A stretch of 64,000 bases of DNA, from positions 16,851 through 80,850 of the forward strand of contig JBMOOS010000012.1 of the NCBI GenBank assembly GCA_049324415.1. The letters run 5' to 3'. Shown here piece by piece: positions 51,801 through 60,510 of this stretch (within the stretch, counting starts at the first letter, position 1; the number at the start of each line of letters is the position of its first letter). The translations under genes and the position numbers were made by a program. This DNA comes from Pseudomonadota bacterium (GTDB taxonomy: Bacteria; Pseudomonadota; Alphaproteobacteria; Sphingomonadales; CAKZYD01). The notes below the pieces were generated by a model. It was not told where the DNA came from, did not search any database, and saw only the letters and a program-made list of their open reading frames with translations.

Positions 51801-53081
51801 GCCGGTCAGCCGGGCGATGTCGAGCCGCCGCCAGTCTTCGCTAAAGGAAAGCTCGGCGGCAAGGTCGAGGCCGCCAGCGCTGAGGCGGTCGAGCATGGCG
51901 CCAGGCGCGCCAAGACGGGCAAGGCGGGCGCGGGCATGGGCATGGGGCGCGAAAACCGGCCCCGACAGTTCGCCTTCAAGGGTCACCGCGCCCACCGGCT
52001 GGCCGATGCGCTCATCGAGCCAGTCATTTTCCGCCGGCACTTCCATGGTGAGGCTAAAGCCCGTGGCGAAAGCCGGCGCCGCGCCAAGATCGAGATGGCC
52101 GACCCAGGCCATCTCGCCAGCCTCCATGGCAAGGCCGCCGGCCAGCCGCCACCGACCGTCTTCCGCACGCTCGATGCCAAGGGCGCCGGTTACCTGGCGG
52201 CCGACGAGGCGCAAGGCATCGCCGGTCAACAGTCGCGCGGTCTCGGCGGTGAAGGCCAATTGCCAGCCATCCTCGCCATGGGCGATGTCGGTGGCAAAAA
52301 GCGGCGCCCCGGCAAGGCTGATGGCGCCCGTCCCACGCCATTCTTCATAGGGGCCGTCGCCGGTGAGGCGAACGGCCAGGGGCGCGTCGAGGCCGAGCAG
52401 GCCGCCGATAAGCCCCCCCGCCGGCGCTTCCGCCGTCAGTTCGAGCGTCAATGCCCGCGCGCCGGGCGCGTAGACCAGGTCGAGACGCGCCCGATCGCCG
52501 GTTTCCTCTGCTGCGGGGTCGACGGCGGCGAAGAGGCGGATGGCCTTGCCCCGCCGCCAGTCAAGACGACCGCTGAAACGGGCGAGGATCGGCGCGCGGT
52601 CCGGCGGCGTATAGCGGATGCGGTCAATGACAAGGCGGTCGAGGGTGATATCGAAGGGGAGCCGAGGCAGCGCAAGGCCACCGCTGGGAGCTTGCCCATC
52701 CTTGCCCTGGGGCGGGCGCAGCACCTCCACCGTCTCGGCCTCGATCGCCGCGATGCTCAAGCCGCGGCGTAACAGGCCCCAGGGGCGCCAGGCGATGCTA
52801 AGCTGCGGGACGCGCAGCCAAACCCCCTCGTCATCGGCGATGCCGAGGTCGATAAGGCGAAGGCGGCTGAAAAGGCTGCCTTCAAGGCCGGCAATGCGCA
52901 CCCCTTCGACCCGCGCCGATAGCTCGCGCAGCAGCCAGCGATGGCCGGCGGCGCTGTCGAGAAGCGCGAGGCCGGCAAGGGGGATGGCGGTCAATAGGAG
53001 CATGGCCATAGCAAGCCATGCCATATAACGCGGCCAGCGGCGGCGCGGCCGTGCCTGTGCGGTTTTTGCCCTTTGCGCCAT
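48864..53081 (-). CDS. tamB: translocation and assembly module protein TamB (DUF490 C-terminus)
   Basis: 1405 aa with an N-terminal signal anchor, a long beta-rich body and C-terminal ...GKYLTDDVYVEVTTD...LSLLSRFSGERDATMSLRWSRDY. Confidence 0.88.
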   Translation of the reverse strand: MAQRAKTAQARPRRRWPRYMAWLAMAMLLLTAIPLAGLALLDSAAGHRWLLRELSARVEGVRIAGLEGSLFSRLRLIDLGIADDEGVWLRVPQLSIAWRPWGLLRRGLSIAAIEAETVEVLRPPQGKDGQAPSGGLALPRLPFDITLDRLVIDRIRYTPPDRAPILARFSGRLDWRRGKAIRLFAAVDPAAEETGDRARLDLVYAPGARALTLELTAEAPAGGLIGGLLGLDAPLAVRLTGDGPYEEWRGTGAISLAGAPLFATDIAHGEDGWQLAFTAETARLLTGDALRLVGRQVTGALGIERAEDGRWRLAGGLAMEAGEMAWVGHLDLGAAPAFATGFSLTMEVPAENDWLDERIGQPVGAVTLEGELSGPVFAPHAHARARLARLGAPGAMLDRLSAGGLDLAAELSFSEDWRRLDIARLTGGAAALQLKGAMTLGLRTGRLEGGFAVSLPSLAVLNGDASLLDGALAGDINLQRQGRGLPLAFAADLGAARLASPHPALQRLAAGPLRLTVDGALDGPAVIVHDLALVGAGIEASAKGRYEAARLLVNAETRLGDAAALFAARPAPLSGALRLSAQVEGPLDALYLKARLEGTRAQLAEVAFTAPRLTLDGRLAEGLAVRLNAEASGQALQASGRLRRAPNWTAEDIALAFGPWQATGALALDAAGKLGGEARLSLAPAGPGEALLFGLDAKARATLVFSPLADGQRIDFEMSAEKLRWQAATPLRVDGMTMQGRLGWGGAGPRLTLDGTAQGIDIAGHYIDRLSATATRAGSDTRAQVRLSALAPAPAELELALVFSPQGTGAWTLKAGIEGTINGQAVASEAPLRLTVTGGDFALAPFALRAGAGRVLGAFTWAGERQDLSLRMEAVPLGLARGLGGDWTHGGRVNGLVTLEREAKTVAGALSLRIEDILPRADLPDERLALALDGRLTGNAFTGGAQAYLDDAQVARLTASVRMDWPADALLPQLDADAPLDGRLEVDSSLAPLWALVGEPQHLISGTLESDLGLAGTPAAPRLEGALRLVQGRYENLEVGLIFTDIAADVAINGQKLELRRLSAGDGNGGTLTISGAAQMALGQKGPWPGAARLELRDFWVLRRDDLRAKASGGVDIASAKGALNLSGKLNLERAEITLKDSEAASIPTIAYEEVNGVSEEMAARQAEGAPLPIQLDVAVRAERRMFVRGLGLNSEWSADLKITGPSNQAAITGEARLVRGDLDFAGRRFELERGLLSFTGGRRIDPRLDILASNSREGLTATITVTGTASKPQLNLSSSPPLPTDEILSRILFGNSVANLSALEAVQLASALTTLRGGGGLNVLGAARSGIGLDRLSVGTGTSATAITGGKYLTDDVYVEVTTDPSTGQTGAAVEWGITRRLSLLSRFSGERDATMSLRWSRDY

Positions 53082-54949
53082 CAGAAGCTTTGCCCAATAC
53101 TGATATAGACTTGCACCCGGCCCTCGCCGGGACGCCGGTCCAAGGGGGTGGCAAGGTCGAGCCGGATCGGCGCGAAGTCGGTATAATAGCGAAAGCCAAG
53201 GCCGCCGCCGAAACGCAAGCCGGAAAATTTCGGGATATTTTCAGGGTAGACATTGCCGGCGTCGACGAAAGGGACGAGGCCGAAGCGCTGGCTGATCTGC
53301 ACCCGCGCCTCCAGCCCCATCTCCACCAAGGCAAGGCCGCCAAGGGGCTCGCCCGTTGCATCCACCGGACCCACATTCTGGTAGCCAAAGCCGCGCACCG
53401 AGCCGCCGCCGCCGGCAAAGAAGCGCCGGTTGGCCGGCAGCCGCGCCCGCCCGGCGCCCAGGATGCTGCCCAGCTTCAGGCGGCCGGCCAGCACGTGCCG
53501 GTCACCGCGGCCCAGGCCGTAATAGGCGGTGGCTTGCGCGGTGGTGGTGGTGAAGCCGAAAACGCCGCCGTCGATGCCAAGCTCGGGCGCCGCCGTCAGC
53601 ACCAGGCGGGCGCCGCCGCGCGGGTCGAGGAGGTTGTCGGTGCCGTCCCAGCGCGCCGAGAGGGGCAGGGCGGCCAGGAAGAAATTGCGCTCGCCGGCGT
53701 TGTCGATGACCTGGGTGAATTCCCCCTTGGTCGCGGCGGCGAAGACCCAGCGCTTGCCGATCTGCCGTTCAAGGCCAAGGGAGGTGCGGGCGGAGTAGGC
53801 GGTGAAGGCGTCATTGCCTTCCCGGGCGAGGGCAAGCTCGGCGAGCAGGGTTTGCCCTGGCCGGCGGAAATTGGGCTTGTCGATCTTGGCGCTTGCCGAC
53901 TGTTCGAGTTCGGACAATAAAAGACGCAAGCGTAACCGCTCTTGCGCCCCCAGGATGTTGCGGTGGGCCCAGCCCGCCTCGCCGCTGAAGCCGTCGGTCG
54001 AGCTGTAGCCCGCGCCCAGGGAGATGGTGCGCATTTTGCCTTCAGTGACGGCAACCTCAATGGGCCCGGGAATGGCCGGGTCCACGCTTTGCGCATGCGC
54101 CAGCGCCGGGCGCGGGGCCACCGTGATGCTGTTGAAAAGCCCGGTGCGGCTTAAACGTTCGAGATAAAGATCGACTTTGTCCTGGTCATAGACATCGCCC
54201 ATTTTCCATGGCGCCAGCCGGGTGATGTAGCTGGGCTTGACCGAACGGGCGCCGGTGATGGCGATGGGGCCGAAGGCGACCCTTGGCCCCAGGCGCAAGC
54301 GAAAACGTATGGTGACTTGGTGGCGGGCGTGATCGACCACGACCTCACGGCTGACAAGTTCGGCAAAGGGGTAACCCCGGGTCTTGGGGGCAAGCGCCAG
54401 CGCGCCGTCGGCGGCGAGAATGGTGTCGGCGCGCGCCGGGTCGCCGACAAGGAGGATGCCGCCGAGCGCGCCTTCGAGGTCGGGCAGCGTGGCGTCCGCC
54501 GGGTCGAGCGCGATGTCGATGCCACCCACTTCATAGCGGGGGCCCGGGGTGGCCAGGACCTCCACCTGCCAGCGCCCCTCCGGCGTTGGCCGGATCCGGC
54601 CGTCAAGCCGTGCGCCGTAATAGGCTTCCGAAATAAGAAGCTGGCGCAGCACCTTGATGTCGTTGTCGAGCCGCCGGCGCAGGCCGGCGTAGGAAGTGAC
54701 CGGCTCGGCCTTGTCGTCGAGGAGGCGGGCAAGGTCGCGAGCACGGCCCTCCATGCCGATCCCGGCAAAGCCACCGAAAGTGACGCGATAGTCAATGGGC
54801 GCCGTCGCCAAAGGCGGGGTGCTCGTCTGGGCGCTGGCGGGCAAAGCCATCAGGAGCGACCAGAAAAATCCCGCCCGCCATGCAAGACCCGCCACTGCGC
54901 GTGAGGCACGCGGCGCGCAGCGGTGGAATGAAAACGGCCAATGATTCAC
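53081..54949 (-). CDS. tamA: outer-membrane Omp85-family protein TamA
   Basis: Signal peptide, POTRA-like repeats and a beta-barrel ending ...VQVYISIGQSF. Its stop overlaps the tamB start. Confidence 0.88.
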   Translation of the reverse strand: MNHWPFSFHRCAPRASRAVAGLAWRAGFFWSLLMALPASAQTSTPPLATAPIDYRVTFGGFAGIGMEGRARDLARLLDDKAEPVTSYAGLRRRLDNDIKVLRQLLISEAYYGARLDGRIRPTPEGRWQVEVLATPGPRYEVGGIDIALDPADATLPDLEGALGGILLVGDPARADTILAADGALALAPKTRGYPFAELVSREVVVDHARHQVTIRFRLRLGPRVAFGPIAITGARSVKPSYITRLAPWKMGDVYDQDKVDLYLERLSRTGLFNSITVAPRPALAHAQSVDPAIPGPIEVAVTEGKMRTISLGAGYSSTDGFSGEAGWAHRNILGAQERLRLRLLLSELEQSASAKIDKPNFRRPGQTLLAELALAREGNDAFTAYSARTSLGLERQIGKRWVFAAATKGEFTQVIDNAGERNFFLAALPLSARWDGTDNLLDPRGGARLVLTAAPELGIDGGVFGFTTTTAQATAYYGLGRGDRHVLAGRLKLGSILGAGRARLPANRRFFAGGGGSVRGFGYQNVGPVDATGEPLGGLALVEMGLEARVQISQRFGLVPFVDAGNVYPENIPKFSGLRFGGGLGFRYYTDFAPIRLDLATPLDRRPGEGRVQVYISIGQSF

Positions 54950-55362
54950 GGGATGTCCGGTGTAGCTGTCTTTATCAGCGGCAAGCGACCGCTGAGGACA
55001 CGCCGCCAGCTTAGCTGCTCCATGGGCACTATAACAGAGTTTGTGCGCGAACTATGGCGGCGCGTCGCGACCTCATCAGCATTCTCAAACGGTCTCTAAA
55101 CGCTGATGTCGATGACAAGGCCGGTGTTGCGCTTCTGGGTGAGGAGGTGATGGCTGACCTGACGCCATTCCTCGGCGCGGTGGGTGGCGCCGCGCAAGCG
55201 GGCTGCTGCGGCAGCCTGTCTGGCCGCTGGCAATGCGGCGGTCCCCATTTGTCCGCGAAGGCGAACCGCCACATAAAGTGTCGGGTCTATTTCGCCTATC
55301 ATAGTGCATCATAAATAGGGACAGGCGTAGAGAATTCAAGTATTGTAAGCACAATATTATCG

Positions 55363-55380
55363 TTAATATCTATGGTTAAC
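55363..55380. promoter_or_regulatory. TTAA-TATCTATGG-TTAAC site (TTAA-N9-TTAA) within an AT-rich block
   Basis: Shares the sub-motifs CGTTAATAT and TTAAC(G)AATAGC with the site at 55577-55596. Adjacent palindrome TATTGT-AAGC-ACAATA at 55341-55356. Confidence 0.4.
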
Positions 55381-55475
55381 AATAGCTTGCCAGACGAGGT
55401 TCAAATTATATGAGCGCTTGTTCCTGACCCACTATCGCGTTTGGCAAACCATGTTTTTTGCCTGCTCTGGCGGGC

Positions 55476-55516
55476 GCACAGAAAAGGACCGCATGGCAGG
55501 GGATGCGATGCGGTCC
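55476..55516 (-). terminator. minus-strand intrinsic terminator candidate
   Basis: GGACCGCAT-N13-ATGCGGTCC 9-bp stem followed on the minus strand by TTTTCTGTG. Confidence 0.5.
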
Positions 55517-55576
55517 AGGTCAGGGCTGGGTTTCCAGCGTGGAAGTAGGAAATGCGCTTGGCAACGCAGGTCATGA

Positions 55577-55593
55577 TTAACGAATAGCGTTAA
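55577..55593. promoter_or_regulatory. 17-bp palindrome TTAACG-AATAG-CGTTAA (TTAA-N9-TTAA)
   Basis: Perfect 6-bp arms, about 255 bp upstream of the cysG ATG. Confidence 0.45.
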
Positions 55594-55846
55594 TATATCG
55601 TAAACACGCCGCTCTTTAGCGCGAGGCGCGCGGGGCAAGGCGAGCCCGGACGCTGGCGAAAGGGCAAGCCGGCGAAAAAAACCTGAAAGTGCAGGGCCGC
55701 CAGGCTTTTTCCCACGTCCCTTGCCTTTCCGCACAAGTTTTTCTTCACCGCGGCGAAATTTATATCGTTTGTTTCCGCCATCCCCCTTGCGCGACCCTTA
55801 TGGCCTGAGAAGCCGCGTTTCAAATAGCGCGCAGGGAGCCATAAGG

Positions 55847-57256
55847 ATGCGTTATTTTCCGATCTTCCTCGACCTCAAGGACCGCCGCGTCGTCATCGTC
55901 GGCGGCGGCGCGGCGGCGGCGGCCAAGCTGCGCCTGCTTGCCAAGAGCGAGGCTATACTGATCCTCATCGCCCCCAGGCTTGCCGCCGGCACGGCGCAGG
56001 CCGCGCGGGAAGCCGGCGCCCACCATATCGCGCGCGCCTTCCAGGCGAGGGATCTTGATGGCGCTGCCCTCGTCTATCTTAGCAGCAAGGCGGCGGGCCT
56101 TGAAGCGGCGGTCACCGCCGCGGCGCGGGCACGGGCCGTTCCCGTCAATATCCTCGATAAGCCGCAAGGCTGCGACTTCATCACCCCCGCGCTGGTGGAG
56201 CGCGCGCCGCTCACCATCGCCATTTCCTCCGACGCCAAGGCGCCCACCCTGGCGCGGCATGTGAAGGCGCGCCTTGACGCCTTGTTGCCGCAGGGTCTTG
56301 GCCGGCTGGGCCGCCTTGCCGAGGCGTTTCGCCCGGCGGCAAGCCGGGTGTTTCCCGACATGGTGGCGCGGCGGCGCTTCTGGGACAAGGTGTTCGCCGC
56401 GCCGTTGGCGGGCGACCTCATGGGCGATGACCAGGGCGCGGCGCGGGCGCGCATCATCCGCCTGATGAACCAGGCTGCGGGCGCCGCGCCAGCCCACGGC
56501 CGCGTCGCGCTTGTTGGCGCCGGCCCGGGCGATCCTGACCTTCTCACCTTGAAGGCGCATCGCGCCCTGCAGCAGGCGGACGTCATCGTCCATGACCGGC
56601 TGGTCTCGGACGCGGTGCTGGAGTTCGCCCGGCGCGAGGCGGCGCGCATTTGCGTCGGCAAGCAGCGCGGCCACCACCCGGTGCCGCAGGCGGCGATCAA
56701 CCGGCTGCTGGTCAAGCATGCCCGGGCTGGCGCGTTCGTGGTGCGCCTCAAGGGCGGCGACCCCTTCATCTTCGGCCGGGGCGGCGAGGAGGTGGAGGCG
56801 CTCGCCGCCGCCGGCGTGCCGGTCGAGGTGGTGCCGGGGATCACCGCCGCCGCCGGCTGCGCGGCGCAAGGGCTGATCCCGCTGACCCATCGCGAGGTGG
56901 CAAGCACGCTTACCCTGGTCGCCGGCCAGCGCAGCGGCCTTCACGACCAGGACTGGTCGGGGCTGGTCGGCGCCGGGCGGACCCTTGTCATCTATATGGG
57001 GCTCCATAACGCCGCCGCCATTGCAACCAAGCTGATGGCCGCCGGAGCGCCGCCCGGCCTTCCCGTCGCCATCGTCGAGAACGGCACTCGGCCCGACGGG
57101 CGGCGCATCGCCACCACGGTGGCGGCGCTGGCGCACGCCATCGCCGCCCATAGGGTGACAAGCCCCAGCTTGCTCATCGTCGGCGAGGTCGCTGCGCGCC
57201 ATGGGGTGCAACAGGACGCTCTTATGGCCGACCTGCGCCACGCGGTCGGGGCATGA
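55847..57256 (+). CDS. cysG: siroheme synthase (precorrin-2 dehydrogenase/ferrochelatase + uroporphyrinogen-III C-methyltransferase)
   Basis: MRYFPIFLDLKDRRVVIVGGG... and VALVGAGPGDPDLLTLKA. AAGGA RBS; start trimmed to 55847. Confidence 0.92.
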   Translation: MRYFPIFLDLKDRRVVIVGGGAAAAAKLRLLAKSEAILILIAPRLAAGTAQAAREAGAHHIARAFQARDLDGAALVYLSSKAAGLEAAVTAAARARAVPVNILDKPQGCDFITPALVERAPLTIAISSDAKAPTLARHVKARLDALLPQGLGRLGRLAEAFRPAASRVFPDMVARRRFWDKVFAAPLAGDLMGDDQGAARARIIRLMNQAAGAAPAHGRVALVGAGPGDPDLLTLKAHRALQQADVIVHDRLVSDAVLEFARREAARICVGKQRGHHPVPQAAINRLLVKHARAGAFVVRLKGGDPFIFGRGGEEVEALAAAGVPVEVVPGITAAAGCAAQGLIPLTHREVASTLTLVAGQRSGLHDQDWSGLVGAGRTLVIYMGLHNAAAIATKLMAAGAPPGLPVAIVENGTRPDGRRIATTVAALAHAIAAHRVTSPSLLIVGEVAARHGVQQDALMADLRHAVGA

Positions 57257-57266
57257 GGAGGCAAGG

Positions 57267-57566
57267 ATGACGCTCAAGATCCTTACCGCCAACCATCTTC
57301 AAAACGGCCATGTGGTCTTTCTTGGAGAGGATGGCGCCTGGTCGCCGCGGCTTGCCGCGGCGAGGCTTGCCCGCGATGGCGAGGAAGCGGCCGCGCTCGA
57401 AGCCGAGGGCGAGGCGGCGCAAGCGGCGCGGCGCGTGGTTGGCCCTTATTTGATCGAGGTTGAAGCGACGGCTGAAGGCCCCTTGCCGCTGCGCGGGCGC
57501 GAGCGGATCCGGGTCGCCGGCCCCACCGTGCGCCGCGATCTTGGGCCCTGGACCAAGGCTGAGTGA
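57267..57566 (+). CDS. DUF2849-family protein
   Basis: 99 aa, MTLKILTANHLQNGHVVFLGEDGAW.... Sits between cysG and the sulfite reductase gene, as is typical in alphaproteobacteria. Confidence 0.7.
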   Translation: MTLKILTANHLQNGHVVFLGEDGAWSPRLAAARLARDGEEAAALEAEGEAAQAARRVVGPYLIEVEATAEGPLPLRGRERIRVAGPTVRRDLGPWTKAE

Positions 57567-57594
57567 ATGCGCGGGGCGCGAAGGAGCAGGACTG

Positions 57595-59259
57595 ATGACC
57601 GCCATCTACCGCTATGACGCTTTCGACAAGGCGCTGGTCGAGGAACGGGTCGCCGATTTTCGCGACCAGGTGGCGCGCCGCCTCGCCGGGCAATTGTCGG
57701 AAGAGGAATTTCGCCCGTTACGCTTGATGAACGGGCTCTATCTCCAGCTTCACGCCTATATGCTGCGCGTCGCCATCCCCTATGGCACGCTGAGCAGCGA
57801 CCAGATGCGCATGCTCGCTTCCATCGCCCGGCGCTATGATCGTGGCTATGGCCATTTCACCACCCGCCAGAACATCCAGTTCAACTGGATCAAGCTTGGC
57901 GAAGCGCCGGACATCCTCGCCGACCTCGCGAAGGTGGACATGCACGCCATCCAGACATCCGGCAACTGCATCCGCAACGTCACCACCGATCACTTCGCCG
58001 GCGTCGCCGCCGACGAAGTCACCGACCCACGCCCCTATGCCGAGCTGGTGCGCCAGTGGTCGAGCCTGCACCCCGAATTTTCCTTCCTGCCGCGCAAGTT
58101 CAAGATCGCGGTCACCGCCGCCGCCCAGGACCGCGCCGCGATCAAGTTGCACGACATCGGCATTGTCTTGAAACGAGACGCTGCCGGGGACCTGGGCTGT
58201 GCGGTCTTCGTCGGTGGCGGCATGGGTCGCACCCCGATGATCGGCCATGCCATCCGCGACTTTTTACCGGCGGGGCATCTCCTTGGCTATCTCGAAGCCA
58301 TCCTGCGCGTCTATAACCGCCATGGCCGTCGCGACAATAAATTCAAGGCGCGGATCAAGATCCTGGTGCACGAGCTGGGGGTCGAGGCCTTCACCGCACA
58401 GGTGGAGGCGGAGTGGGACAAGATCAAGGACGGGCCGGTGGACGTGGATGGCCGCGAGCTTGCCCGCATCACCCGCCATTTCGCGCCTCCGCCCTATGCC
58501 AAGCTCGCCGAGCCGGTGCGCGCCTTCGAGGCGAAACTCTTCGAGGATCGTGCTTTCGCCCGCTGGGTCCGCCATAATGTCGCGGCCCACAAGGTGCCCG
58601 GCCATGGCGCGGTGACGGTGTCATTGAAACCCCATGGCGGCATTCCCGGCGATGCCACGGCGGCGCAGATGGATCTCATCGCCGACCTTGCGCACCGGCA
58701 CAGCTTTTCGGAAATCCGGGTCAGCCACGAGCAGAATCTGGTGCTCCCCCATGTGCGCAAAGATGCCCTTTACGCCCTGTGGCAGGCGCTGGAGGCGCAT
58801 GGTCTTGGCACCGCCAATGCCGGGCTCGCCACCGATATCATCGCCTGCCCCGGCCTTGACTATTGCGCGCTGGCCAACGCCCGCTCGATACCCCTGGCGC
58901 AAAAGATCTCCCGGCGTTTCGACGACATGGCGCGGCTTGAGGACATCGGCGAACTCAAGATCAAGATTTCCGGCTGCATCAACGCCTGCGGCCATCATCA
59001 TGCCGGCCATATCGGCATTTTGGGCGTCGACCGCAAGGGCGTGGAGAACTATCAGCTCCTGCTTGGCGGCTCGGGGGCCGAGGATGCCTCGCTGGGGCAA
59101 ATCCTTGGCCCCGGCTTTGACGAGGACGGCATTGTCGATGCGGTGGCAAGTGTGGTGGAGGCTTATCGCGCCCGGCGCCGCGACGGCGAGACCTTCCTTG
59201 CCGCCTATCGCCGGCTGGGGGCGCAACCGTTCAAGGAGGCGGTCTATGGCGCTCGTTGA
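57595..59259 (+). CDS. cysI: sulfite reductase hemoprotein (nitrite/sulfite reductase family)
   Basis: 554 aa. FRPLRLMNGLYLQ..., siroheme/4Fe-4S Cys cluster ACPGLDYC...SGCINACGHH. AAGGAG RBS. Confidence 0.9.
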   Translation: MTAIYRYDAFDKALVEERVADFRDQVARRLAGQLSEEEFRPLRLMNGLYLQLHAYMLRVAIPYGTLSSDQMRMLASIARRYDRGYGHFTTRQNIQFNWIKLGEAPDILADLAKVDMHAIQTSGNCIRNVTTDHFAGVAADEVTDPRPYAELVRQWSSLHPEFSFLPRKFKIAVTAAAQDRAAIKLHDIGIVLKRDAAGDLGCAVFVGGGMGRTPMIGHAIRDFLPAGHLLGYLEAILRVYNRHGRRDNKFKARIKILVHELGVEAFTAQVEAEWDKIKDGPVDVDGRELARITRHFAPPPYAKLAEPVRAFEAKLFEDRAFARWVRHNVAAHKVPGHGAVTVSLKPHGGIPGDATAAQMDLIADLAHRHSFSEIRVSHEQNLVLPHVRKDALYALWQALEAHGLGTANAGLATDIIACPGLDYCALANARSIPLAQKISRRFDDMARLEDIGELKIKISGCINACGHHHAGHIGILGVDRKGVENYQLLLGGSGAEDASLGQILGPGFDEDGIVDAVASVVEAYRARRRDGETFLAAYRRLGAQPFKEAVYGAR

Positions 59260-59761
59260 ATTTCGCAGCATTTTAAAGCGCGATTGGCTATGGCTCGATG
59301 ACGCCGCCGCTTTCGCTCCTGGCGCGCCGGTGGTGGTGACGCTGGCGCGCTTGCAAGGGGAGGCCGAGACCCTTTTTGCACGCGCCGGCGCGGTGGGGGT
59401 CGTGCTTGCCGCCGGCGCGCCGGCGGAAGCGCTTGCCCCCCATCTCGACCGGCTTGCCATGGTGGCGCTGGACTTTCCCAGCTTTGCCGACGGGCGAGCC
59501 TATTCCAACGCCCGGGTACTGCGCGACCATCTCGGCTTTTTGGGCGAGATCCGCGCTGTCGGCGACGTCCTTGCCGACCAGCTTGGCTTCATGGCCCGCT
59601 GCGGCTTTTCCAGCGCCGCGCTTGCCCCCCATGTTGATGAGGCGGTGGCGGCGCGGGCCCTCGCGCGCTATTCGGTGGCCTATCAGGCGGCCAGCGATGA
59701 CAAGGCGCCGGCCCACCGCCTGCGCCGCATGCCCCCCTTAAAGTCCCGCGAGGTGGCCTGA
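59246..59761 (+). CDS. DUF934-family protein (sulfite-reduction associated)
   Basis: ...LDFPSFADGRAYSNARVLRDHLGFLGEIRAVGDVLADQL. Overlaps the cysI 3' end by 14 nt. Confidence 0.75.
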   Translation: MALVEFRSILKRDWLWLDDAAAFAPGAPVVVTLARLQGEAETLFARAGAVGVVLAAGAPAEALAPHLDRLAMVALDFPSFADGRAYSNARVLRDHLGFLGEIRAVGDVLADQLGFMARCGFSSAALAPHVDEAVAARALARYSVAYQAASDDKAPAHRLRRMPPLKSREVA

Positions 59762-60477
59762 TGCACGCCATTTCGCAAACCACCGTCGATGCCTTGAACG
59801 CGCGCTATGCCGGGCAGGGCGCGCAAGCCGTGCTGCGCGGGCTGCTGATCGAGGAGTTTCCCGGCGCGGTGACGCTGGTTTCCTCTTTCGGCGCCGAGTC
59901 GGCGGTGCTCCTCCACATGGCGGCGCGGATCGACCGCGCGATCGACGTCGTCTTCGTCAACACCGGCAAGCTGTTCGGGGAAACGCTGCGCTACAAGGCG
60001 GACCTCGTCGCCCGCCTGGGCCTTCTCAATGTGCGCACCATCATGCCCAAGCCGGCGCTCCTCGATGCCAACGATCCCAAGGGCGATTTGTGGGCGCGCA
60101 ACGCCGACCGCTGCTGCTATGTGCGCAAAGTCGAGCCGCTCGCCCGGGCATTGAAGGACGTCAATGTCTGGATTTCCGGGCGCAAGGGCTTTCACGGCGG
60201 GGCGCGGTCCGGCCTGCCGCTGTTCGAGCTTGTCGACGGGCGCATCAAGGTCAATCCCTTGACCGACTGGACGCGGCAAGAGCTTGAGGCATATTTCACG
60301 GCGCACGGCTTGCCGCGCCACCCCTTGGAGGCGGACGGCTATCCCTCGGTCGGCTGCATGCCGTGCACCAGCCCGGTGAAGGCGGGCGAGGGGGCGCGCG
60401 CCGGCCGCTGGCGGGGACTGGACAAGAGCGAGTGCGGCATTCACATCCCGCTTGCCCAGCACAGCGTGGCGTCTTAA
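59761..60477 (+). CDS. cysH: adenylyl-/phosphoadenylyl-sulfate reductase (thioredoxin), Fe-S type CysH
   Basis: C-terminal ECGIH catalytic motif plus RCCYVRKVEPL and SVGCMPCT cysteines, characteristic of 4Fe-4S APS-reductase-type CysH. Confidence 0.9.
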   Translation: MHAISQTTVDALNARYAGQGAQAVLRGLLIEEFPGAVTLVSSFGAESAVLLHMAARIDRAIDVVFVNTGKLFGETLRYKADLVARLGLLNVRTIMPKPALLDANDPKGDLWARNADRCCYVRKVEPLARALKDVNVWISGRKGFHGGARSGLPLFELVDGRIKVNPLTDWTRQELEAYFTAHGLPRHPLEADGYPSVGCMPCTSPVKAGEGARAGRWRGLDKSECGIHIPLAQHSVAS

Positions 60478-60510
60478 AGGCTAAGGCGGCGATCAACGAA
60501 GGGGACGGCC

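Noticed and set aside
55054-55314. 86-aa + strand ORF and a 68-aa minus-strand ORF (55096-55302) in the tamA-cysG gap
   Set aside because: Both frames have only about 67-70% GC3 by my codon count, no RBS and no recognisable motif, and they mirror each other. A degraded pseudogene cannot be excluded, but neither can be supported as a gene.
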